Source: a virus (taxonomy: Duplodnaviria > Caudoviricetes). Taken from it: DNA of 30,558 nt. The notes below the pieces were generated by a model. The model had not been told where the DNA came from, made no database searches, and was given only the letters and a program-made list of their open reading frames with translations. Position 1 is the stretch's first letter. Each line of letters starts with the position of its first letter. The position numbers and the translations under genes were made by a program. Below are positions 1 through 8,327 of the stretch, piece after piece. The stretch covers positions 1-30,558 of the IMG/VR virus record IMGVR_UViG_3300027533_000070; one strand, given 5' to 3'.

Positions 1-1
1 G

Positions 2-2179
2 TGCCGCTGCGTCGAAGAGATCCCGCTTCACTCGAAGTCTGAGCACCGCGAGCTTGTTGCCGAAGGCGGTCTGAAGAACCGCAAGAAGAAGAACAAGCCT
101 CTCGGTTCGAAGCCGCTCACTGGTCGCCACGACGCGAACAAGCCTGTCAAGACCCCGGCTGATGCTGGGTACACCACCAAGGGCAGTAAGGGAGTTGGCG
201 AGGTTATCAAGAAGAAGAGGCGTGGGGACAGGCCCTTTAGCGGGACTGAGAAGCGCGGTGGCGCGGATGAAGTGACCGCTCAGCCACGCGATCTTGACGA
301 GCTTCTGGAGAGGTACGAGCAGGAGCAGTTCACCTACCAGGAGAGCAACTTGGATGACCTGGTGGACCACTCCGAGGACGCCGGAGACGGTGCCGACCTC
401 TACAACCACTACGCCTCGATCAAGACTGCTGCTCCGGCTCAGGACCCCGGCCCGACGCAGATCGAGTCCCAAATCGAGCAGTTGATGCAGTTTTGGGCTG
501 TGGACAACAACGGCTGGTGGCACTGGACCGGCTCACAGGCCGATCTTGCTCTGCTTAATCAGATGCAACAGCAGATGATGGCCGTAGGGATGCCCGGTGG
601 TCCTCCTGGACAGATGCAGGCTCAGAGCAAGACCGCCGCTCCGGCTGCTCTCGCTCCTCTTCTTGAGGGTGCGGTCGCTGGTGAAGCAGCCGGTGCCGCT
701 GAGGGCGGCGCTGCTTCTCAGTTGATGGGTGTTCTTCCTGGTGCTGGAGGCATGTCTCCGGCTGGAATGCTCGGTGGCGTGACAGACGCGCTCGCCGGAC
801 TCAATGGCGGGACCGATCTTAGCGTGGCTCGCCATACGCCGTTCCAGACCTACACCTTCGCCATCGAGACCAACACCCCTGCCCCCTGGCGGGAGTACCT
901 CCAGACCATCGCCTCAGACAAACTGGTGGCCCTGGCCGCCTGGCGTGACGTGGTAGAGAAGTCCAAGAGGCTTCGGTCCGAGGGCGCGATCGACCTGGAG
1001 GTCTTCAAGCCCGAGGTCATCACTGCCTACGTTCAGGGCGACCACGGCCGGTACTACACCACTGTCCAGCGGCTTGGTTCGGTTGCTCCGGGTGTCGGCC
1101 GGCAGTTGACCTCGACTCAGGTTTCTGGTTGGTCCTGTGAGTGCGACTGGGGACATTGGGCCTGGATCAGGAAGCGGAGTTTTGTGGGCCGGATGTGCTC
1201 GCACGCTTACGCCCTGTTTTCCGAGATGCGGTCGTTGGACGCCAAGTCCCGCAGGAACAAGGGTCAGCCTGGCAGATACGCCAGCGTGGGCAACAAGACC
1301 TCTTGGACCCGTACCGAGGAAGGTGGTTTCGAGTGGGTCACTAGCGACCCGACACTTCCTACGGCCGCGATCACTAGGACCGCTTCCGGCTGGAGCGCTC
1401 AGATCTGGTCGGACGGGACCGCCGACGACTCCTTGGATCTTGGCACCTTCAAGAACTCGGGGTGGGCTCAGCGCGCGGCTGGCCGGGCTATCAACGCTCA
1501 CGTCAAGTTCGCCGACGATGGCGACGTGGACGTAGTTGGTGGGAGAGGCGATTTCCCTCCAGGTGGAGAGACCGGTTACGACAACCCGTACACCGAGGAA
1601 GGCGAGTCTTCACCGGAGCCGGTGTTGGACCCGTACGAAGAGGGTCCTGGTCCTGGCATCCAGGAGAGCAAGACTCGTGTCGGCTCCTTCTCCGTTTTTG
1701 CAGAGCAGAATGACGGCCAGGACGATGAGGGGCCTGAGGAGACCGACGACGGTATCGAGGAGGATGACGCCGACGATGACGAGTCTCTTGACGAAGAGAT
1801 CGCTGAGGACGAAAACGACTCGGCCGATGGCTCTCAGGACGAAGGCGAAGAGCCCGAGCCGGCCGACGACGGCGGACACGACGAGCCACACCAGCGCGAC
1901 GATGGCGATGAGGACGAAGGCGAAGGCACCGACAACCCCGGTGACGACTCGGACGACGAGGGGATCGAGAAGACCTCCTCTGTTGCCGAACTCCAGCAGC
2001 AGTTCGGGCTGACCCACCTGGCCGGAGCCGATTATTCGCTGGCCGAGCAGGACAAGTTGGTCCGCGAGGGAGATGGCAGGACCGCGCGGAATCGCTCGGA
2101 CCTGAATCTGGCTGGCACTCACTACGAGGCCAGCGCTACGGCTGAGTCACCCGAGGATGTCCTGTCATTTCTGTTTTGA
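2..2179 (+). CDS. Large acidic head-associated protein with SWIM-like zinc finger (5' truncated)
   Basis: Frame 2 is open from position 2 (CRCVEEIPLHSKSEHRELVAEGGLKNRKKK...) straight into the listed 272..2179 ORF, so the true start lies upstream of the window. It contains a CECDW...MCSH (CxC-n-CxH) motif at 1136-1204 and an Asp/Glu-rich tract at ~1700-1965. Confidence 0.75.
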   Translation, partial: CRCVEEIPLHSKSEHRELVAEGGLKNRKKKNKPLGSKPLTGRHDANKPVKTPADAGYTTKGSKGVGEVIKKKRRGDRPFSGTEKRGGADEVTAQPRDLDELLERYEQEQFTYQESNLDDLVDHSEDAGDGADLYNHYASIKTAAPAQDPGPTQIESQIEQLMQFWAVDNNGWWHWTGSQADLALLNQMQQQMMAVGMPGGPPGQMQAQSKTAAPAALAPLLEGAVAGEAAGAAEGGAASQLMGVLPGAGGMSPAGMLGGVTDALAGLNGGTDLSVARHTPFQTYTFAIETNTPAPWREYLQTIASDKLVALAAWRDVVEKSKRLRSEGAIDLEVFKPEVITAYVQGDHGRYYTTVQRLGSVAPGVGRQLTSTQVSGWSCECDWGHWAWIRKRSFVGRMCSHAYALFSEMRSLDAKSRRNKGQPGRYASVGNKTSWTRTEEGGFEWVTSDPTLPTAAITRTASGWSAQIWSDGTADDSLDLGTFKNSGWAQRAAGRAINAHVKFADDGDVDVVGGRGDFPPGGETGYDNPYTEEGESSPEPVLDPYEEGPGPGIQESKTRVGSFSVFAEQNDGQDDEGPEETDDGIEEDDADDDESLDEEIAEDENDSADGSQDEGEEPEPADDGGHDEPHQRDDGDEDEGEGTDNPGDDSDDEGIEKTSSVAELQQQFGLTHLAGADYSLAEQDKLVREGDGRTARNRSDLNLAGTHYEASATAESPEDVLSFLF

Positions 2180-2234
2180 GAGGGTGCTCTGACGCCAAAA
2201 GATCAAATGCGCAGAAACGGACCATGGTAGCTAG

Positions 2235-2783
2235 ATGCTCGCAGACCATCAGATTCGTACAAACATAGTTCTTGGACACATTTCCGTATCCCCTTATCTT
2301 GCTTCCCTTATTCAGCCGGCAAGTCTTGATTTGAGACTGGGGTCTGACTTCATCAGATACCTCAAACCGGATCGGCCCATTGATCCTGAAAAACCAGATC
2401 GTGAGTTTGAGAGGATCAACGGTGTCGAGGAGTATGCCATCCGCCCAGGAGAGTTCCTCTTGGCCACCACCCTGGAGAGAGTTGGCATAAGCCCGAACAT
2501 TGCTGCCAGGGTGGAAGGGAAGAGCACTTTGGGAAGGCTTGGCTTGATCATCCACTCTACTGCTGGTTTTGTAGATCCTGGGTTCAAGGGGAACATCACC
2601 TTGGAGATGACCAACATTAATTCCAGGCCGATCATTCTCAGATCTGGCATGAAGATCTGCCAGATCTCTTTCTACCGGATGGACTCACCAGTCGAGCGAC
2701 CGTATGGTCACGAGAAGTTGGGGTCTCATTACCAGAACCAGTCTGGTGTTACTCCAGCAGCGGCTTTGAGGCCAACTCCCTAG
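2235..2783 (+). CDS. dcd: dCTP deaminase (trimeric dUTPase superfamily)
   Basis: Motifs QPASLDLRLG, PGEFLLATTLE, ARVEGKSTLGRLGL, HSTAGFVDPGFKGNITLE, KICQISF and a PY...YQNQ tail are typical of Dcd. Confidence 0.95.
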   Translation: MLADHQIRTNIVLGHISVSPYLASLIQPASLDLRLGSDFIRYLKPDRPIDPEKPDREFERINGVEEYAIRPGEFLLATTLERVGISPNIAARVEGKSTLGRLGLIIHSTAGFVDPGFKGNITLEMTNINSRPIILRSGMKICQISFYRMDSPVERPYGHEKLGSHYQNQSGVTPAAALRPTP

Positions 2784-2859
2784 CCTACTGACCCTGTTTT
2801 CCTGATAGTGGTTGGTCAGGTCTTCTCCACTCGTTCTGATGTGGTGGAGAGGAGACTCG

Positions 2860-4887
2860 GTGACGATACGCAAGTATGCGAGTGTTGATGTTCAGATCAG
2901 CGCCGCAGAGGTCATCGGCTCTCTCAGCGCACCCTTCGGGAAAGGGTCGATCGCCAAGTTCGGCAGCTTCGCCTTCAAGCCTCGCCCAGGGTATGTCTAC
3001 CCGCGCGTGCGAGCCATCTCGGCGAGAATCAATAAGAACTTCGACGGCTTCCCTTCTGAGGAGTTGCAGAAGGCTGCGCACACTTTCCAGGGTCGTCCGG
3101 TCTTCGTAAACCACAACAACCAGGACCCTGAGCGAACTCGTGGTGTGATCTTGGCCTCGCAGTATCACGGTCTGGGTGAAGATCCGCACATCACCATCCT
3201 CCCTGAGGTGGATGCCCTCACTTTCCCAAACTTGGCTGAGGACATTATCAAGGGAAACATGGACTCGGTGTCCATGGGGTGCGATGTTGATAATTCGACT
3301 TGCTCGTACTGTGGAAACGTAGCCACAACGGCTGAAGAGTTTTGCAACCATATTCTCAACAACAAGGGCCAAGAGTTGACCAAATTGGTCAATGGACAGC
3401 CCAAGAGGATTTTGGTCTACGAGATTTGCCGAGGTCTCAACTTCTTCGAGATCTCATTCGTCTTCGACCCCGCCGATGAAACCGCAGTAATGCAGGAGGT
3501 CATCGTGCCGGATGGAGTCAAGATGTCTTCTGCTGCTAGCCACTCGCATGGCTTTGTTGGTCCTGATGGTGTTAACTACACATACGCTGCTGTGCCTACT
3601 GTTTCAATCACCACTACATCTACCCCTGGATTGAATGTGGTGACCAACGCTGGCCAACTCACTAGGACAGCAGCGAACACCCATGTGGCCTATGGAGAGA
3701 TGATTGCTCCCCCGAAGGTCGACACGCTTCGTGATGACGATGTTTGCCCGCAGTGTGGTTCCGAATTCAATGGGATCGAGTGCGACAACTGTGGCTACAT
3801 TACTCCTCCGGAAGAGCTTCAGGACCCAGACACTAAAAAGGCTGGGGATGTCCGTGACGACGACGATAACGAGTCGGACGGCGATAACGAGGATCTCGAT
3901 TATTTTGGTGACGACGATGGCGAGGACTCGGACGACGAGGACGAGTCAGACGAAGACGAAGAAGAAGATGGCGAGCCCAACCCATACGACCTGTATAACG
4001 GCCAACCTAGAAAGGAGGGCAATGTGAGTAGAGGAACAGCCGTCCAAGCGAACGTTGGCCAGGCTCTCGCCCAGCGGAGGCTGGCAGAAGCGCAGCGTCG
4101 CCTTCAGGCTCTCGGCGAGTACCCCCTGTACGAGGAGGGTGTTGACACGGGCGAGAACATCGCCAGCGACCCACCTGCTCCAGAGGCACCGGCTTGTGGC
4201 GACGATGAAGCTCAGGCTTCTCCGGACCTGTCGACCACGGTTGAGAACCTCGACCAGAACGCTTCGGCCGGCGACTTCGGTGCTCGTGAGCAGGTGATGT
4301 CGTCAACTCGCCGTCGTGCCGATGAGGTCGGTAGTGGTGGTGAGGCAGCGCCCGACGACCGTGAGGATGTTGAGGCCCCAGTCGCTAACATGGTCGACCC
4401 TGACGCCACCGAAGAGCAGTACGACGCGAACGCCTGGGACGCCAACGCGGGCGACAACGCCGCCTTCGATAACGAGCACTCGGATGAGACCGAGGCCATG
4501 GTCCCGGACGGAACTGGACGGACTCCGATGCAGGCTGGTGCGGCCACGAAGACAGCGATGGTCCTGAAGCGGGCTTCTGCTTCTCAGGTCTATCAGCTTG
4601 CCGACCTCTACACGGAGCTTGGCCTGGTGCCCTACGAGCAGCGGTATGCCGCTATCGCTGAGATCGAGAAGATGCCGCAGATCGTGGCCGCTCACACCAT
4701 CAAGGTGCTTGGCCGGGTCAAGGAGGTCTTTTCGACTCAGATGCCGGCTGGTCGAGTGGCCCGTACAGCGGGCACGATCCCGGCTCTCGGAAAGTCTGCT
4801 TCTGCTCGTACGCCTTCGATGGCACGGGCGGCGGAAAACAGAAGGCTCGCTTCGAGCGCAGAAGACACTCTTCTGTTCGTTCACTGA
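2860..4887 (+). CDS. Capsid maturation (prohead) protease with C-terminal scaffold-like region
   Basis: GTG at 2860 follows GGAGAGGAG. The N-domain has NKNFDGF, PVFVNHNN (His), SVSMGC (Ser), FFEISFVFDPADETA and CSYC...CNH. This is followed by a second Zn ribbon (CPQC...CDNC), an acidic linker and a helical C-terminus. The gene lies two genes upstream of the MCP. Confidence 0.8.
   Translation: MTIRKYASVDVQISAAEVIGSLSAPFGKGSIAKFGSFAFKPRPGYVYPRVRAISARINKNFDGFPSEELQKAAHTFQGRPVFVNHNNQDPERTRGVILASQYHGLGEDPHITILPEVDALTFPNLAEDIIKGNMDSVSMGCDVDNSTCSYCGNVATTAEEFCNHILNNKGQELTKLVNGQPKRILVYEICRGLNFFEISFVFDPADETAVMQEVIVPDGVKMSSAASHSHGFVGPDGVNYTYAAVPTVSITTTSTPGLNVVTNAGQLTRTAANTHVAYGEMIAPPKVDTLRDDDVCPQCGSEFNGIECDNCGYITPPEELQDPDTKKAGDVRDDDDNESDGDNEDLDYFGDDDGEDSDDEDESDEDEEEDGEPNPYDLYNGQPRKEGNVSRGTAVQANVGQALAQRRLAEAQRRLQALGEYPLYEEGVDTGENIASDPPAPEAPACGDDEAQASPDLSTTVENLDQNASAGDFGAREQVMSSTRRRADEVGSGGEAAPDDREDVEAPVANMVDPDATEEQYDANAWDANAGDNAAFDNEHSDETEAMVPDGTGRTPMQAGAATKTAMVLKRASASQVYQLADLYTELGLVPYEQRYAAIAEIEKMPQIVAAHTIKVLGRVKEVFSTQMPAGRVARTAGTIPALGKSASARTPSMARAAENRRLASSAEDTLLFVH
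4024..4887 (+). CDS. Putative nested in-frame scaffolding protein (internal start)
   Basis: A strong SD, AAAGGAGG (4011-4018), lies 5 nt before an in-frame GTG at 4024, right after the acidic linker. Confidence 0.55.
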   Translation: MSRGTAVQANVGQALAQRRLAEAQRRLQALGEYPLYEEGVDTGENIASDPPAPEAPACGDDEAQASPDLSTTVENLDQNASAGDFGAREQVMSSTRRRADEVGSGGEAAPDDREDVEAPVANMVDPDATEEQYDANAWDANAGDNAAFDNEHSDETEAMVPDGTGRTPMQAGAATKTAMVLKRASASQVYQLADLYTELGLVPYEQRYAAIAEIEKMPQIVAAHTIKVLGRVKEVFSTQMPAGRVARTAGTIPALGKSASARTPSMARAAENRRLASSAEDTLLFVH

Positions 4888-4914
4888 GTTGTAGAGAAGG
4901 AGGAAAGGCAAAAA

Positions 4915-5556
4915 ATGTTCAGGATTAACAACATCACGAACATCACACAGAAGCGCACCCTGCGTCCGCTCTACGCTCAGCACCAGGCGACGCCGTACGG
5001 CGGCTTCCTGTCAAGCTCGTGGACCAAGGCAGTGGACATCTACCCAGGCATGGTCATGGCCAAGCTTGCGGGCGAGGTCTTCACGCTGGCTGGTACCGCG
5101 TCTGGCGGTGGTGTCCTTCCGGCAACCGCTGGTCTGATCCGTGGCTTCGGCCTGTCAGCGCTGTTCGTTGCTCCGACGCTCGGAGTTGACGAGACCCAAT
5201 ACCCACACGACGACAGCCTCAACGTCTTCACGGTGTGGCAGGGCGGACCGGACGCGACGTTCGAGATCATGGCTCCGGCCTTCGCGACAACTCAGTCGTG
5301 GTCTGAGTCTGCTTCTTCGGACGGCGGCGTGATCATGCTCGGCATCACTAACGCCTCGCACGCTGATGGCCCCGGCAAGTTGGCTCTGATGGACGGCTCC
5401 AACGTCATCGAGACGCCGATCGCTCGGCTGATTCAGTACAAGCCGTCTGGCGGCGCAACCGGTGTGAGCCCGTACCTGGGCTCTGGTGTGACTGGCGCAA
5501 GCATCATCGTTCAGTTCAACCCAACTGCGGTCATCCTCGCGGACCAGACCCCGTAA
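4915..5556 (+). CDS. Capsid decoration / minor head protein
   Basis: Strong RBS (GAAGGAGG), located between the protease/scaffold gene and the MCP, with strongly biased codon usage and a beta-rich, Gly-rich sequence. Confidence 0.65.
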   Translation: MFRINNITNITQKRTLRPLYAQHQATPYGGFLSSSWTKAVDIYPGMVMAKLAGEVFTLAGTASGGGVLPATAGLIRGFGLSALFVAPTLGVDETQYPHDDSLNVFTVWQGGPDATFEIMAPAFATTQSWSESASSDGGVIMLGITNASHADGPGKLALMDGSNVIETPIARLIQYKPSGGATGVSPYLGSGVTGASIIVQFNPTAVILADQTP

Positions 5557-5598
5557 CCGGAAACAACTAGAAGAGGATCGAAGGGAGGAACAGGCAAC

Positions 5599-6597
5599 AT
5601 GTCAGCACTTGTGGCAGTCGGTTCAGGTCTACAGCGCCAGGCTCGTGCTTCTGACGAGTACGTACGGGACATCGTGCAGGCCCAGCGCAAGTTCGGCGCG
5701 GCGAAGCTCTCGAACGCTCAGAAGCAGCAGAGGCTTGCGCAGATCTTGTCCGACAAGACGGGCGGTCTTCAGCGGCTCGGTCAGCAGATGATCGGCCCGA
5801 TCCAACTGAAGCTGCGCTACCAGGGAATCGTGAGAAACGTCCTTCTCGAAGATCCTCTGACACCAGGTGTGCCGATCGAGTACGACGTTCTCGATGACTA
5901 TGGGCAGGCTTATCTGCTTCACGGCAACGAGGGCGAAGTCAAGATCACACCGTTCGAGGGCAAGCGTGCACCGATCGGTCTCTTCCGGATCGCCACCTTC
6001 CCGAAGGTGAAGAAGGAAGACCTGTACATGCTCCGCGTCAACATCGTGGAGTACGCGCAGGACGAGTCGAAGCAGGCCATCATGAAGCAAGAGGACTCGC
6101 GCCTCGTCACGCTTCTGGAGGCTTCGGTCACCAACTACGTTTCCAAGGACTTCCTGGTGGCGTCGGGTGACCCGCACTCGCACTCGATCTCCGTGACCGG
6201 TGGCTACATCAGCCCCAACGTCCTGTACGACGCCGTGAGCACCACTGACGAGCACGAGCTTGACGCTGCGCGTCTGCTTTTCTCGCCTCGTGGTTACCGC
6301 GATCTGTACCGCTGGGACATCAACACAACTGGTTGGGCCTTCAAGGACCGCGTGGTCGCGGGCGAGCGGGTCGTCCAGTTCGGTGAGTTCCAGATCGGCA
6401 AGAGCATCATGATTCCGAAGACGAAGGTCTACTTGACCCCGGCTCCGGAGTTCCTGGGCGTCATGCCGGTCATGTACTCGCTCGATGTCGAGGACAACCC
6501 GCAAGTGGAGCAGTTCCACAAGGGTTGGGTCATGGACGAACTGATCGGTATGGCCATCCTCAACCCGCGCGGCATCGTCCGCATGACCAAGGTCTAA
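5599..6597 (+). CDS. Major capsid protein (Bxz1/cluster C-like)
   Basis: 332 aa. Segments RLGQQMIGPIQLKLRYQGIVRNVLLED, EGEVKITPFEGKR, YRDLYRWDINTTGWAFKD and GWVMDELIGMAILNPRGI match my recollection of Bxz1-like capsid proteins. Strong RBS, and a hairpin follows the stop. Confidence 0.9.
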   Translation: MSALVAVGSGLQRQARASDEYVRDIVQAQRKFGAAKLSNAQKQQRLAQILSDKTGGLQRLGQQMIGPIQLKLRYQGIVRNVLLEDPLTPGVPIEYDVLDDYGQAYLLHGNEGEVKITPFEGKRAPIGLFRIATFPKVKKEDLYMLRVNIVEYAQDESKQAIMKQEDSRLVTLLEASVTNYVSKDFLVASGDPHSHSISVTGGYISPNVLYDAVSTTDEHELDAARLLFSPRGYRDLYRWDINTTGWAFKDRVVAGERVVQFGEFQIGKSIMIPKTKVYLTPAPEFLGVMPVMYSLDVEDNPQVEQFHKGWVMDELIGMAILNPRGIVRMTKV

Positions 6598-6600
6598 GTT

Positions 6601-6641
6601 CTGATCTCGGGTGAGGAGCTTCGGTTCCTCACCCAGATCGG
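6601..6641 (+). terminator. Stable hairpin after MCP (terminator/attenuator or mRNA 3' stabiliser)
   Basis: GATCT-C-GGGTGAGGAGC TTCG GTTCCTCACCC-AGATC forms a long stem with a cUUCGg tetraloop immediately after the MCP stop. There is no U-tract. Confidence 0.75.
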
Positions 6642-6676
6642 ACCTAACCCTGATTCCTCGAAGGGAGGAACGGAGA

Positions 6677-7300
6677 ATGGGACGTAATGTCGTAACGGCA
6701 GCAGCGAACGTTGCTCTGCCATATCAGCCATCAGGGACTTCTGGCCTGAACTCGCGCACGATCGTCGCTTCGGGGACTCTGGTCACGCTGAACGATGCTG
6801 AGTACGCGGCTCTGAGCAGCACTGCTTTCTCAGGCGGAACACTGCTTGACGCTGGGAACCCTGACGCGGCTGGCGGTGCTTTTGTCACCAAGAGCAAGAG
6901 CCCAACGAACTCGACGGTCGACTTGTTCAACGTCGTGGGAAACGTGAAGGTTGTTGAGCTTTTCGGTCGGGTCACTACGGTGATGGACGCGACTGCGACA
7001 ACCCTCAAACTGGCTTTCGACGCCACCGTGACCGGTGCGGTGACGGACCTGTCCGCCGCTGGCACCATCACTAGCGATCCGCTCAACACGCTGTACTCGA
7101 TCGTTGGTGTCGCGGCGACTGCCCTGACCGAATCAGCCGGCATTTACCTGCTGCCGGCTGTCAAGTTGCCCGCTGAAGGAATCATCCTCCCGGCCGGTAA
7201 GATTCAGGCGACCGGAACCGCTGCGAACACTGGCGTCATCGAGTGGACCTGCGTCTACGTTCCGCTGTCGTCAACAGGCGCAGTCACCGCTGCTGCCTAA
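6677..7300 (+). CDS. Putative virion structural (head accessory) protein
   Basis: ATG at 6677 follows AAGGGAGG/GGAG. The 207-aa product is Ala/Thr/Val/Gly-rich and lies directly after the MCP. Confidence 0.65.
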   Translation: MGRNVVTAAANVALPYQPSGTSGLNSRTIVASGTLVTLNDAEYAALSSTAFSGGTLLDAGNPDAAGGAFVTKSKSPTNSTVDLFNVVGNVKVVELFGRVTTVMDATATTLKLAFDATVTGAVTDLSAAGTITSDPLNTLYSIVGVAATALTESAGIYLLPAVKLPAEGIILPAGKIQATGTAANTGVIEWTCVYVPLSSTGAVTAAA

Positions 7301-7364
7301 CCAAGCTTGGGGCCAGATTATCCTCCCCGGAGTCTGGCCCCAATTGGTTCTTCCGGGGAGATAA
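7299..7364 (+). promoter_or_regulatory. Intergenic hairpin with loop complementary to downstream sequence (pseudoknot/switch candidate)
   Basis: Stem 7307-7318 pairs with 7332-7343. Loop segment CTCCCCGGA (7323-7331) is the exact reverse complement of TCCGGGGAG (7352-7360). Confidence 0.6.
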
Positions 7365-7380
7365 CAGAAAAGGGAAAGGC

Positions 7381-8034
7381 ATGACCACACCGACGCCGAT
7401 CATTCGGCAAGATGGAACGGTGGCCAAGCCTGAAAACCCTGAGCGTCATGGGTTCTCTCGTGAGGATTTCACAGGTGGAGCTTTTCCATCTGCCTCACAG
7501 CAGAGCGTACACCCGGACAGCGCTCAGCGTCTTTCAGGCGAGATCCGGCCAGCCGACCTGAGAGACTACGATGGACCGTTGTTCGTCATCAACAAGATGA
7601 ATGACATGATCTCGCATGACGATGGTAAGGGCAATGTCCTGCGCATCGAGCCGAAGTACCACAGAGACCACATCACTCAGCTACCTAAAGAGGTGGCTTT
7701 GCACCGTGGTTTCCAGCGCCTTTGGCGGACTGGTCGTGTACAGGTCACTATTGATCCGGCCATCGAGGACTACTTGAGTCTGGCGGACAGTCCGGATGAC
7801 TTGGGTGGCATCCTCCCGTACACCATGGACGCCGGACAGAACAAGGATCTGACCCCGCTGGAGTGCTTGATCTGCCACGAGCAGGTCTTCCTGTCCAAGG
7901 AAGATTTGGACAATGGGCAGCCGGCACTGTGTGACCTCCACATCGACTCCGGCTCGATGATCGAGCGGGTCCCGAACGCGAACGGCGACCTGGTGTGGAA
8001 GATCAAAGACACCGTAGTGAGAAGGTCTCTATGA
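7381..8034 (+). CDS. Hypothetical protein with C-terminal CxxC...CxxH zinc-binding motif
   Basis: ATG at 7381 follows AGGGAAAGG. Motif CLICHEQ...ALCDLH. Stop overlaps the next start (ATGA). Confidence 0.75.
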   Translation: MTTPTPIIRQDGTVAKPENPERHGFSREDFTGGAFPSASQQSVHPDSAQRLSGEIRPADLRDYDGPLFVINKMNDMISHDDGKGNVLRIEPKYHRDHITQLPKEVALHRGFQRLWRTGRVQVTIDPAIEDYLSLADSPDDLGGILPYTMDAGQNKDLTPLECLICHEQVFLSKEDLDNGQPALCDLHIDSGSMIERVPNANGDLVWKIKDTVVRRSL

Positions 8035-8327
8035 GCCTCTTCATGGTTGATTCGCGAGAGCACAGTGGTTTAACGAGCACTTCTCCTGGTGATGTTTCTG
8101 GTTACGCTTCCAGCAACTCAATTCTAGACCTGTGCACGAGCGTTGATCGCGTGGCGAAAGAGTATGAGTTGCTCAAGATGTCTCAGGTCGCTGATCTCAC
8201 CTGGATTGTTGGTGAGTTGAAGATGGTGCTCATCCACTGGGGCGATACCGAGATCCTCAACGCCGTGACCAAGGAAAGAGTGCAGCATCTTATGTCGGCA
8301 CTCTCCGACAAGATCAAGGAGGGCTGA
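8031..8327 (+). CDS. Hypothetical helical protein
   Basis: ATGA overlap with the upstream gene and TGATG overlap with the downstream gene indicate translational coupling. Confidence 0.65.
   Translation: MSLFMVDSREHSGLTSTSPGDVSGYASSNSILDLCTSVDRVAKEYELLKMSQVADLTWIVGELKMVLIHWGDTEILNAVTKERVQHLMSALSDKIKEG

Noticed and set aside
272-274. Listed start of the 635-aa ORF
   Set aside because: The frame is open back to position 2 with coding-like codons, and there is no good SD at 272.
1700-1965. GAC/GAG-rich tracts (also ~3850-3975) as DNA repeats
   Set aside because: They are explained by Asp/Glu-rich low-complexity protein linkers.
2788-2819. CTGACC...GGTCAG inverted repeat after dcd as a terminator
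   Set aside because: Only a 6-bp stem with a long loop, too weak to call.
2860-4887. Intein or intron explaining the long protease ORF
   Set aside because: No C/S...HN splice motifs or homing endonuclease signature. The length is explained by Zn ribbons, the linker and the scaffold region.
5629-6519. 296-aa minus-strand ORF over the MCP, and similar antisense ORFs throughout
   Set aside because: These are antisense shadows caused by GC-rich codon bias of real + strand genes. They have no RBS or recognisable motifs.
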